A stretch of DNA of 41,991 nucleotides, taken from NCBI GenBank assembly GCA_035469365.1, contig DATIRW010000268.1, forward strand, positions 1 through 41,991, in the 5' to 3' direction. The position numbers and the translations under genes were made by a program. Position 1 is the first letter of the stretch; every line of letters starts with the position of its first letter. This document shows positions 27,490 to 34,904 of the stretch, piece by piece. Under the pieces are notes generated by a model. The model searched no databases. It saw only the letters and a list, made by a program, of their open reading frames with translations, and was not told where the DNA came from. This DNA comes from Thermoanaerobaculia bacterium (lineage in GTDB: Bacteria > Acidobacteriota > Thermoanaerobaculia > UBA5066 > Gp7-AA6).

Positions 27490-28629
27490 TCAATCGCGCC
27501 CGTGGATCTTCATGTCGACGAGCTCATCCACGGTGACGTCGTTGTGGCGCTCCTTCATCCTCTTGACGTAATCGATCGTGACGCCGTGGATGCGCATCGA
27601 GACGAGCTCCTCGACGGGCACGTGCCGGTAGCCGAGCTCCTGGAGCTTTCGGACGAACTCCGGCGACACTCCATGGATGCGCATGCTCACGAGCTCTTCG
27701 ACGGGCAGCCTCTCGTACCCGAGGTCCTTCATCTCCCGGACGAACTCCGGGTTGGCGCCGTGGATGCGCATGCTGACGAGGCCTTCGACGGGCAGCCGCT
27801 CGTAGCCCAGGGCCTTCAGCTCCCGAATGAACTCCGGGCTCGCGCCGTGGATGCGCATGCTGACGAGCTGCTCGACGGGCAGCCGGTCATAGCCCAGTGC
27901 CTTCAATTCTCGGATGAACTCGGGGCTCGCGCCGTGGATGCGCATGTTGATGAGCCCTTCGATGGGGAGATGCTCGTAGCCCAGGGCCTTCAGCTCCCGG
28001 ATGAACTGGGGGCTCGCGCCGTGGATGCGCATGTTGATGAGCCCTTCGACGGGGAGATGCTCGTAGCCCAGGGCCTTCAACTCCCGGATGAACTCCGGGC
28101 TCGCCCCATGGATCCGCATCGAGATGAGGCGCTCGGCCGGAAGGCGCTCGTAGCCGAGCGAGCGCAGTTCATCGAGGAACTGACGGCTGACGTCGTGCAT
28201 CGTGAACGAAAACGACTCGTCCGGCCCGAGGCTCGAGTAACCGAGCGATCTCCAGTACTTGTCGAACTCGGGATTGGCGGCGAACTGGAAGCGGCCGGAG
28301 CCGCCCAACTCGTCCAGCTCCCCGTCGAAGCGGATCGTCCCGGCGTCCCGCGCCATCTCGAAATGCGCCGGCCGCGCGGCCTTTCCAGCCGGGCGGGAGA
28401 GGCCGCGGAAGTCGGCCAGGGAGTAGGAGGACGAGTTGTTCCAGTCTCCATGCGAGGAACTGCGCCGGATGGTGAGCTGAACGCGGCCGTCTTCCCTGTC
28501 GAAGTCGAGCAGCCATCGCCCCTCGAAGGTCTGTCCCGGCGCCGGCGTGGGCGCTGCGAGGAGGAGCGAAAGCAGGATTGCGAGGACGATCCCGCTGGGA
28601 CGCAACAGTGGTGTCCGGTGCCTGGTCAT
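27490..28629 (-). CDS. Secreted protein with an N-terminal unknown domain and 7-8 tandem 29-aa RIHG repeats (paralogue of the C-terminal domain of the adjacent M56 protein)
   Basis: The ATG at 28629 has GGGAGG 5 nt upstream and overlaps the upstream stop (ATGA). The signal peptide is MTRHRTPLLRPSGIVLAILLSLLLAAPTPAPGQ. The repeats are of the type LPVEGLxSMRIHGASPEFIRELKALGYEx. The protein ends ...VDMKIHGRD. Confidence 0.8.
   Translation of the reverse strand: MTRHRTPLLRPSGIVLAILLSLLLAAPTPAPGQTFEGRWLLDFDREDGRVQLTIRRSSSHGDWNNSSSYSLADFRGLSRPAGKAARPAHFEMARDAGTIRFDGELDELGGSGRFQFAANPEFDKYWRSLGYSSLGPDESFSFTMHDVSRQFLDELRSLGYERLPAERLISMRIHGASPEFIRELKALGYEHLPVEGLINMRIHGASPQFIRELKALGYEHLPIEGLINMRIHGASPEFIRELKALGYDRLPVEQLVSMRIHGASPEFIRELKALGYERLPVEGLVSMRIHGANPEFVREMKDLGYERLPVEELVSMRIHGVSPEFVRKLQELGYRHVPVEELVSMRIHGVTIDYVKRMKERHNDVTVDELVDMKIHGRD
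27493..28215. repeat. Tandem 87-bp coding repeats (29-aa RIHG repeats), 7-8 copies
   Basis: The word GTGGATGCGCAT or a close variant recurs at 27586, 27673, 27760, 27847, 27934, 28021 and 28108, exactly 87 nt apart. Units 27934-28020 and 28021-28107 differ at only about 6 of 87 positions by manual alignment. Confidence 0.9.
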
Positions 28630-30716
28630 CGATTCCTCCCATGAATCCGCCTGGAAACGAGCTCGTCGATCGAGAGCCGCGCGCCGGCGGATGCGTTGGC
28701 CTTGCGGATGAACTCGGGCGTGGCGCCGTGGATGCGCAGGGCGGTGAGCTCGTCGACCGAAGGGGCGGCGTATCCGAGCGACTGGACCTCCTTGACGAAG
28801 TCGGGCGTGACGCCGTGGATTCGGCAGGCGACGGCATCGTCGGTGGAGAGTTTCGTGTATCCGAGCGAACGCATGTCGCGGACGAACTCCGGCGTGACGC
28901 CATGGATGCGCAGGCCGACGAGGGCGTCGAGGTCCGCGTCGAGCCCGAGCGAGCGCATCTCGCGCGCGTACTCCGGCGTGGCGCCGTGGATCCGCGCCGA
29001 CACGATCTCGTCGAGGCCGGGCTTGCGGCCGGTGATGGTCGCCCATTGTGTCGCGTCGTCCGGATCGACGCCGTGAATCCGAAGAGAGACGGCGTCGTCG
29101 GCCGAGATCTGCGGATATCCCGCCTCGTGGAAGTGCCGCACGAACTCGGGCGTGACTCCGTGGATTCGGAGCGAGACGATCTCATCGAGCGACTGCTTCC
29201 CGATGAGCGCCGTCATCTCCGAGACGTATTCCGGAGACACGCCGTGGATCCTGAGCGCGAGCAGGTCCTGGACCGTGGCCTGCTTGAAGCCGAGTGCGGC
29301 GAGCGCCGCGAGGAACTCGGGCGTGACGCCGTGCCGGCGCAGGCTGGCCAGGTCCTCGGGAGAGAGTCTGACCTCACTCTGCGCGGATGCCGTCTTTTTT
29401 TCTTCGCCGTCCGCTTCGACGCCTCCCTCGATGCCGCCGGAGACGCCGCCCCCAACGCCCTCTTCGACGCCTCCGGAAACGCCTCCCGCGATCCTGCCCG
29501 CGACGCCCGACACCCGGGCCGCGCGCCGGGCGGCGGTCACCGGATTCTCCTTTTGCAGGCGGGGGGTTTGCGCGGCCGGCACGGCATTCGTGGGCTCGGC
29601 CGGAGGGACTGGCAAGCCGACCGCGACGGCCGGCGAGTCTTCGAAGAAGGACGAGCGCTCCGCGGCCCCGACCGTGGCGACCATCGCCAGGGCGAGGAGC
29701 CCGGCGAGCCACCTCGGGGCGTCCTCGGCCAGCGAAGGGGATGGGAAGGAGGAAGCCGGCATCAGCCTCGCGACGCGCCGCCAGAGGGAAGCGCCGTCGG
29801 CCGCCACCGCCGGGCCGGGTGCCGCCAGCCGCGGAGCGCGGATCTCCTCGAGTACGACCAGGGCGCGGACGTATCCACGGGAGTCTCCGGTCGCGACGAC
29901 GGCCAGGTCGTCGCAGCAGTTCTCCCTTTCGATCCGGATCCGGCGGGAGACCCACCAGACGGCCGGATGGTAGAAGAGGAGCGTCTCCGCCGCCGTCTGC
30001 AGCAGGTTGACGAGGTAGTCGTGCCGGCGGATGTGGGCGAGCTCGTGAGCGAGCACCGCCTCGATCGCCTCCGGTGACAGGCCCGTGACGGCGCACGCGG
30101 GCAGGAGGATCGCCGGGCGCAGGACGCCGAGCGCCGTCGAAACGCTCACTCGCAACGACTCCAGGAGAAGGACCGGGCGTCGAACGCCGAGCCGGTCGCG
30201 AAGAAGCCCGAGAACGGCCTCCAGGGCCGCGGGCACGGGGCGGACGCCCTTGAGCGGGAGTCTCCGTGCGGCATTCCATCCGGCGAGGAACCGCGCCGAA
30301 AGCAGGAAGACACCGCACAGCCATGCCGGCACGATCCACGGTGCGAGCCACGCCGCGCTCGCCTGGAAGGCGCGCGCGATCCGTCCGGATTCGGGAGCGG
30401 CGCCGGCCCACACCCGCTTCGCGGCTAAATCGTGACGCAAGGGCTCTCCGGCCGGGGCCGGGGAGACGCCGACAGGGGCGGAACGAGGGGCCGGGGACTC
30501 GCGGTGGCCCAGATAGGTGACGGCCGGCAGGAGCACCATCAGCAGCAGAGCCGCGCAGCCGGCGGCGTAGCGCGCTCGAGGATCCCTCCGGGAGAGCAGG
30601 GCGTTGACGCAGGACAGAATCGCGGCGACGAGCGTTCCCTGCCAGAGAAAGGCGGCCAGCGCCCAGCCGAGCCTCCGGAAAGCCGGGGTCGCGAACAACA
30701 GGGCCAGGTCTTTCAT
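28626..30716 (-). CDS. BlaR1/MecR1-like M56 family membrane metalloprotease signal transducer with a non-canonical C-terminal repeat sensor domain
   Basis: 696 aa with several N-terminal TM helices. The zinc motif is HELAHIRRHD with a downstream ENCCDD. A further TM follows, then a Gly-rich linker (GGVSGGVEEGVGGGVSGGIEGGVE). About 9 repeats of the type xLRIHGVTPEFV... then end in RIHGRNR. No penicillin-binding domain is visible. Confidence 0.85.
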   Translation of the reverse strand: MKDLALLFATPAFRRLGWALAAFLWQGTLVAAILSCVNALLSRRDPRARYAAGCAALLLMVLLPAVTYLGHRESPAPRSAPVGVSPAPAGEPLRHDLAAKRVWAGAAPESGRIARAFQASAAWLAPWIVPAWLCGVFLLSARFLAGWNAARRLPLKGVRPVPAALEAVLGLLRDRLGVRRPVLLLESLRVSVSTALGVLRPAILLPACAVTGLSPEAIEAVLAHELAHIRRHDYLVNLLQTAAETLLFYHPAVWWVSRRIRIERENCCDDLAVVATGDSRGYVRALVVLEEIRAPRLAAPGPAVAADGASLWRRVARLMPASSFPSPSLAEDAPRWLAGLLALAMVATVGAAERSSFFEDSPAVAVGLPVPPAEPTNAVPAAQTPRLQKENPVTAARRAARVSGVAGRIAGGVSGGVEEGVGGGVSGGIEGGVEADGEEKKTASAQSEVRLSPEDLASLRRHGVTPEFLAALAALGFKQATVQDLLALRIHGVSPEYVSEMTALIGKQSLDEIVSLRIHGVTPEFVRHFHEAGYPQISADDAVSLRIHGVDPDDATQWATITGRKPGLDEIVSARIHGATPEYAREMRSLGLDADLDALVGLRIHGVTPEFVRDMRSLGYTKLSTDDAVACRIHGVTPDFVKEVQSLGYAAPSVDELTALRIHGATPEFIRKANASAGARLSIDELVSRRIHGRNR
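28629..29351. repeat. More divergent 84-87-bp coding repeats encoding ~9 RIHG repeats at the C-terminus of the M56 protein
   Basis: The protein-level repeats are LRRHGVTPEF, LRIHGVSPEY, LRIHGVTPEF, LRIHGVDPDD, ARIHGATPEY, LRIHGVTPEF, CRIHGVTPDF, LRIHGATPEF and RRIHGRNR, spaced 28-29 aa apart. Confidence 0.85.
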
Positions 30717-31105
30717 CGCTTGCCTCCCTCCATGGCGTCGAGCAGCTCCCGGATGCGCGCGAGCTCCTGCGGCGAGGCCTTCTTCGAAGACAGGGCGCGC
30801 AGGACGAGCGCCGACGCGGATCCCGCGAAGGCGCGGTCGAGCAGGTCGGTCACGAGCTGCCGCTCCGTCTCCTCGCGCGGAACGCGCGCCGCGTACACGT
30901 GCGCGCGCTCGGTCTCGTCCCGCCGGACGAGCCCCTTCTCGGTCATGATCTGGAGGAGCTTCAGGACCGTCGTGTAACCGGTCGGCCGCCGCGCCTCCAG
31001 GGTGTCATGGACCTCGCGGACCGTGGATTCCCCCCGCTCCCAGAGGACGCGCAGGATCTCCAGCTCTCCGTCCGTGGGCCGGGGCGTTTTCTTAGGGATC
31101 TTCAT
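30713..31105 (-). CDS. BlaI/MecI/CopY-family winged-helix transcriptional repressor
   Basis: 130 aa. The pattern ELEILRVLWERGESTVREVHDTL...GYTTVLKLLQIMTEKGLV is typical of the Penicillinase_R family. Its stop overlaps the M56 gene start (ATGA). Confidence 0.9.
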   Translation of the reverse strand: MKIPKKTPRPTDGELEILRVLWERGESTVREVHDTLEARRPTGYTTVLKLLQIMTEKGLVRRDETERAHVYAARVPREETERQLVTDLLDRAFAGSASALVLRALSSKKASPQELARIRELLDAMEGGKR

Positions 31106-31124
31106 CGGCGTTCCATCCTCGTCA

Positions 31125-31154
31125 TACGAAGAAACTAGTACGAAGTTTTTCGTA
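31125..31154. promoter_or_regulatory. Candidate BlaI operator: TACGAA half-site (31125-31130) plus the palindrome TACGAA-GTTT-TTCGTA (31139-31154)
   Basis: This is an AT-rich patch in a GC-rich genome, 20-50 bp upstream of the repressor start codon. The palindrome is perfect (6+4+6). It is reminiscent of the TACA/TGTA dyads bound by BlaI/MecI/CopY repressors. Confidence 0.5.
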
Positions 31155-31160
31155 TATCAA
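31132..31160 (-). promoter_or_regulatory. Candidate sigma-70 promoter of the blaI-like operon
   Basis: The minus strand reads TTGATA (31160-31155), a 17-nt spacer, then TAGTTT (31137-31132). The spacer contains the TACGAA/TTCGTA palindrome. Confidence 0.4.
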
Positions 31161-31164
31161 GGCA

Positions 31165-31305
31165 AAAGGTGTCAGGGGACGGGTATCAGGGAAAAGGCAG
31201 GTATCAGGTGCCAGGTATCAGGGGTCAGGGACAGAGCTCCGAACCTGGCACCTGACCCCTGATACCTGAAACCTGCTCCCCTGACCCCTCCGACCTGACA
31301 CCTTC
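31165..31305. repeat. Heptamer-palindromic element in the divergent blaI-like / spermidine-synthase-like promoter region
   Basis: CAGG recurs every 7 nt on the left arm and CCTG every 7 nt on the right arm. A 16-bp perfect inverted repeat pairs GGTATCAGGGGTCAGG (31214-31229) with CCTGACCCCTGATACC (31251-31266). An outer 11-bp inverted repeat pairs AAGGTGTCAGG (31167-31177) with CCTGACACCTT (31294-31304). Confidence 0.85.
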
Positions 31306-31331
31306 CCCCTGTGTTAACGTCCCTCATCTCC

Positions 31332-34300
31332 ATGAAACGACGCATCTTATGGGTCGCCCTGCTCCTCTTCGGATCCGGAACCACGGCCCTGATCTATCAG
31401 GTCGCCTGGATGAGGGATCTGCGGTTGATCTTCGGATTCTCGACCGCCGCGTCCGCGGCCGTCGTGGCGATCTTCATGGGCGGACTCGGCGCCGGAAGCT
31501 GGTGGCTGGGAAGGAAAGCCGACGAGACCGCGCACCCTCTTGCCTTCTACGGACGGCTCGAGCTGGCGGTGGCGGGCTCGGCGGCCGTCACGCCCCTCCT
31601 GGTCTTCCTCGTCAGGCAGGGCTACATCGCCGTGGGGGGCACGCTGACTCTGGGCCTCGTCGGCGGAACGGTCGCGCGGCTTCTCTTCTCCGCGATCGTG
31701 CTCTGCGTGCCGACGGTACTCATGGGAGGGACGTTGCCGGCGGCGACCCGCGCAGTGGAGACCGATGAGGATTCGGGGCGCCGGTATCTCGCTCTGCTCT
31801 ACGGCTCCAACACGATCGGGGCCGTCACGGGGGCCGTGCTCTCGACCTTCCTGCTGCTGGAGACGTTCGGCACGCGGCTGACGCTCTGGCTCGCCTGCGC
31901 CGTCAACGCGCTCGTGGGCCTGGCGGCCGTGCGGCTCTCGAGGAGAGCGGCTCCGGCCCCGGTCCCGGAGAAGGCGCCCGAGGATTCGCGTCCGGGGATC
32001 CCGGATTCCCGATCCGGGCAGATGCCGCAGAGAAAGGAGAAGCACAAGAGGATGCCGAAGCGCGAGGAGGCAGCGCCCGGCCCGCCCGCGCCACTCCCGG
32101 GCGGCCGCTCGCGGGTTCGCGGGTTCGTGCTCGCGTCGGCGGGAATCGTGGGGTTCGCCTTCTTCCTGATGGAGCTCGTCTGGTACCGGATGCTCGCGCC
32201 GCTCCTCGGAGGCTCGACCTACACCTTCGGTCTCATCCTCGCGATCGCGCTGGCGGGCATCGGAACCGGGTCGGCGGTGTACTGGCTCGCCGGGCGCGGA
32301 AAGGTTGCCACCCTCTCGGGCTTCGCGGCGACGTGCGCTCTCGAGCCGTTATGCCTCATCGTGCCCTACGCGCTTGGAGACCGGCTGGCCCTGCTGGCTG
32401 CACTGCTCCGCCCGATCGGCGCCTTCGGCTTCGGCGGTTACGTCGCGGGCTGGTCGCTGGTCGCCGGTCTCGTCGTCTTCCCCGCGGCTTTGGTCGCGGG
32501 ATTCCAGTTTCCGCTGCTCATCGCGTTGCTGGGGCAGGGGCGCGAGCGTGTGGGCTCGGATGTCGGGATCGCGTACGCCTGGAACACGATGGGAGGCATC
32601 GCCGGGTCGCTGGCCGGGGGGTTCGGCCTGCTGCCTCTTCTCTCGGCGACGGGGACCTGGGTCTTCGTCGCGGTCCTCCTGTGCGCGCTCGCTCTTCTCG
32701 CGCTGCTCCTCTTCGGGCGCGCGGGGGGCGCGGCGCCCGCAAGGGGTTCGGGCAATCGGGGCAGAATCCTGCTCGCACTCGGCGCGGTGGCCGCGTGCGT
32801 AATTCTTCTGCTCGTCGCTCCCGGCCCCACGGCCGCGTGGCGGCACAGCCCGGTCGGCGCGGGCCGCGTGGACCTGGGCAAGCCCTCGCCCAACTCGCTC
32901 CACGATTGGCTGCGCGGCCGCCGGCGCATCCTGGCCTGGGAGAAGGACGGCGTGGAATCGAGCGTGGCGCTTCTCAAGGCGAGCGACGGTTATGCCTTCG
33001 TGATCTCCGGCAAGACGGATGGAAGCTCGCGCGGCGACGCCGCGACACAGGTCATGGGCGGGCTCATCGGAGCGGCGCTCCACCCCAACCCGCGCCGGGG
33101 GCTGGTGATCGGGCTCGGCACGGGATCCACGGCCGGATGGCTCGCCGCGGTCCCCTCCATCGAGCGCGTGGACGTAGTGGAGCTGGAGCCGGCAATCCTG
33201 AGGGTGGCGCGCGACTGCGCGCAGGTCAACCACGATGTCCTCGGCAATTCCCGCGTTCGGATCTGGATCGGCGACGCGCGGGAGTGGCTGCTCGCCTCGC
33301 GCGAGACCTACGACGTCATCTTCTCCGAGCCCTCGAATCCGTACCGGGCAGGCATCTCGAGCCTCTTCACCACCGACTTCTACCGGGCGATGCGCTCGCG
33401 GCTCGCTCCGGGCGGGATCTTCCTCCAGTGGCTGCAGGCCTACGAAGTGGACAGCGGGACGGTCCGCACGGTGTACGCGACTCTGGGATCGGTCTTCCCG
33501 GAAGTCGAGACCTGGCACACGAAGCAGAGCGACCTGATCCTGGCGGCGACCATGGAGCCGATCACCTACGACGGCGGCCGTCTTCGCGAGCGCCTGAGGC
33601 AGGAGCCCTACCTCTCCGCTCTGCGCGACGCCTGGCGGGTGAGCGAACTGGAAGGATTCCTCTCCCATTACGTCGCCAGGTCCTCGCTGACCCGGACTCT
33701 GATCACATCAGGACACACTCCGCTCAACACGGACGACGCCAATGTCGTCGAGTTCGCGTTCGCCCGCAGCCTCGGGCACGACACCTTCTTCGACGTCGAG
33801 GAGCTACGCCAGGCCGCCCGCTCGTCGCAGGAGGACAGGCCGAACGTGTCCGGCGAAGTGGACTGGGCAGCGGTCAATCGCTGCCGGGTGGCGGCCGCGA
33901 CGTCGCAGGGGAGGCCGCCGACGGCCACAGCGGGCATGACGGTGGAGGAACTGCGGCAGGCGCTCGCTCAGAAGAGCTTCGTCGAGGGGCGGCCCGAGGC
34001 GGTGCTCACCAACTGGCGCGCGGGGCCGTGGGAGCCTCGCGGGTCGATCGAAGAGATCGTTCTCGCGGAGGCGCTGGCCCAGGGAGGGGAAGAGCTCGCG
34101 GTGGACTACATCGAGCGCGTCCGCCAGCGCCGGGGTGTCGAGGCCGACGTCCTGCTGGCCAGGCTGCGCTGGCGTCAGGGCCGCCTGGAGGAAGCGGTGC
34201 AGGCGCTGGAGCGGGCCTTCCAGGCGTATCGCGAGGATCCGTGGCCCCTGGCGGTGCTCGTCCGGAACAGTTTTTCCGTCGTGCTCGACATCGCTTCCCG

Positions 34301-34607
34301 CGACGCCGCCCTCGCCGGACGTCTCGAGGAGTCCCTCGCCCATCCCTTCTCCCTCTTCCTGCTCGATGAGGAGCGCCACCTGATCCGCCTCGAGGTTGCC
34401 TCGCGCCTGGATGCCTCGCGGTACGCGCGGGCCGTGGAGGAGATGGAGCCGGACGTTCCCTGGCGCCGGCCGATCCTGGAGCGCCGCGCGCAGGCCTACA
34501 CGGCGACGGGGAACTCCCGCGCGCCGGTCGCGCGGCGGGAGTTCGCGAAGTTCATGGAGAAGGAGCCGCCGCCGTTCAGGCCCGAAACCGCTCCCCGGAA
34601 GAACTAG
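31332..34607 (+). CDS. Fused polytopic membrane / spermidine synthase-like (PABS) / TPR-like protein
   Basis: About 1091 aa from the ATG at 31332 (the GTG at 31311 is also possible). There are many TM helices. A SAM-fold GLGTGSTAGW and DVIFSEPSNPYRAGISSLFT match spermidine-synthase-like proteins. The C-terminal region is helical-repeat. Confidence 0.75.
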   Translation: MKRRILWVALLLFGSGTTALIYQVAWMRDLRLIFGFSTAASAAVVAIFMGGLGAGSWWLGRKADETAHPLAFYGRLELAVAGSAAVTPLLVFLVRQGYIAVGGTLTLGLVGGTVARLLFSAIVLCVPTVLMGGTLPAATRAVETDEDSGRRYLALLYGSNTIGAVTGAVLSTFLLLETFGTRLTLWLACAVNALVGLAAVRLSRRAAPAPVPEKAPEDSRPGIPDSRSGQMPQRKEKHKRMPKREEAAPGPPAPLPGGRSRVRGFVLASAGIVGFAFFLMELVWYRMLAPLLGGSTYTFGLILAIALAGIGTGSAVYWLAGRGKVATLSGFAATCALEPLCLIVPYALGDRLALLAALLRPIGAFGFGGYVAGWSLVAGLVVFPAALVAGFQFPLLIALLGQGRERVGSDVGIAYAWNTMGGIAGSLAGGFGLLPLLSATGTWVFVAVLLCALALLALLLFGRAGGAAPARGSGNRGRILLALGAVAACVILLLVAPGPTAAWRHSPVGAGRVDLGKPSPNSLHDWLRGRRRILAWEKDGVESSVALLKASDGYAFVISGKTDGSSRGDAATQVMGGLIGAALHPNPRRGLVIGLGTGSTAGWLAAVPSIERVDVVELEPAILRVARDCAQVNHDVLGNSRVRIWIGDAREWLLASRETYDVIFSEPSNPYRAGISSLFTTDFYRAMRSRLAPGGIFLQWLQAYEVDSGTVRTVYATLGSVFPEVETWHTKQSDLILAATMEPITYDGGRLRERLRQEPYLSALRDAWRVSELEGFLSHYVARSSLTRTLITSGHTPLNTDDANVVEFAFARSLGHDTFFDVEELRQAARSSQEDRPNVSGEVDWAAVNRCRVAAATSQGRPPTATAGMTVEELRQALAQKSFVEGRPEAVLTNWRAGPWEPRGSIEEIVLAEALAQGGEELAVDYIERVRQRRGVEADVLLARLRWRQGRLEEAVQALERAFQAYREDPWPLAVLVRNSFSVVLDIASRDAALAGRLEESLAHPFSLFLLDEERHLIRLEVASRLDASRYARAVEEMEPDVPWRRPILERRAQAYTATGNSRAPVARREFAKFMEKEPPPFRPETAPRKN

Positions 34608-34838
34608 TACTCCGTATCGATTCGAAGTGATCGTCGCGGAAAATCCGCCCCAGAGCCGGCGTCGTTTGCTGCGTCGGCACGCACCGGCCTGCCGTGATGG
34701 AGAGAACCGGCCGGTGCTGAGGGTTCCTCGCAGTCTCACCGAGGTGCCGGTCGCACTCTTCCATGCTCGTCACCCATCACCTCCTTCGGAAAACGCCGCC
34801 GGCTCCGGGGCTCTCCGTCCGGCTTGGACCGACGTGAA

Positions 34839-34864
34839 GGGCCGGAGACAGGACCCGCCGGCCC
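34839..34864 (-). terminator. Possible folD terminator hairpin
   Basis: GGGCCGG-N12-CCGGCCC, about 40 nt downstream of the folD stop. It is followed on the minus strand by TTCAC, a weak U-tract. Confidence 0.3.
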
Positions 34865-34904
34865 GGATTCTCGCGACCGCAATTCCGGCGTTAGAGAGAG
34901 CGAG

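Noticed and set aside
28630-29046. 139-codon extension of the secreted RIHG protein ORF into the M56 gene
   Set aside because: The extension is His/Arg/Pro-rich and off-frame to the M56 repeats. The ATG at 28629 has a good Shine-Dalgarno and is followed by a signal peptide.
27502-30077. Plus-strand ORFs 27502-28644 and 28578-30077, which are themselves repetitive (…AVDAHADE…DGQPL…)
   Set aside because: They are the antisense reading of the RIHG repeats. The minus-strand frames have a signal peptide, Shine-Dalgarno sites, ATGA coupling and an M56 protease domain. The antisense periodicity is a by-product.
28626-30716. Beta-lactam sensing function for the BlaR1-like protein
   Set aside because: The extracytoplasmic C-terminus consists of RIHG repeats. 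It has no penicillin-binding/transpeptidase-like domain, and no beta-lactamase or PBP2a-like gene is adjacent.
32333-34369. 678-aa alternative-frame ORF and the minus-strand ORFs 32349-33668 and 33804-34739 inside the spermidine-synthase-like gene
   Set aside because: They are Arg/Gly/Pro-rich, off-frame or antisense translations. The 31332-34607 frame has TM helices and PABS motifs.
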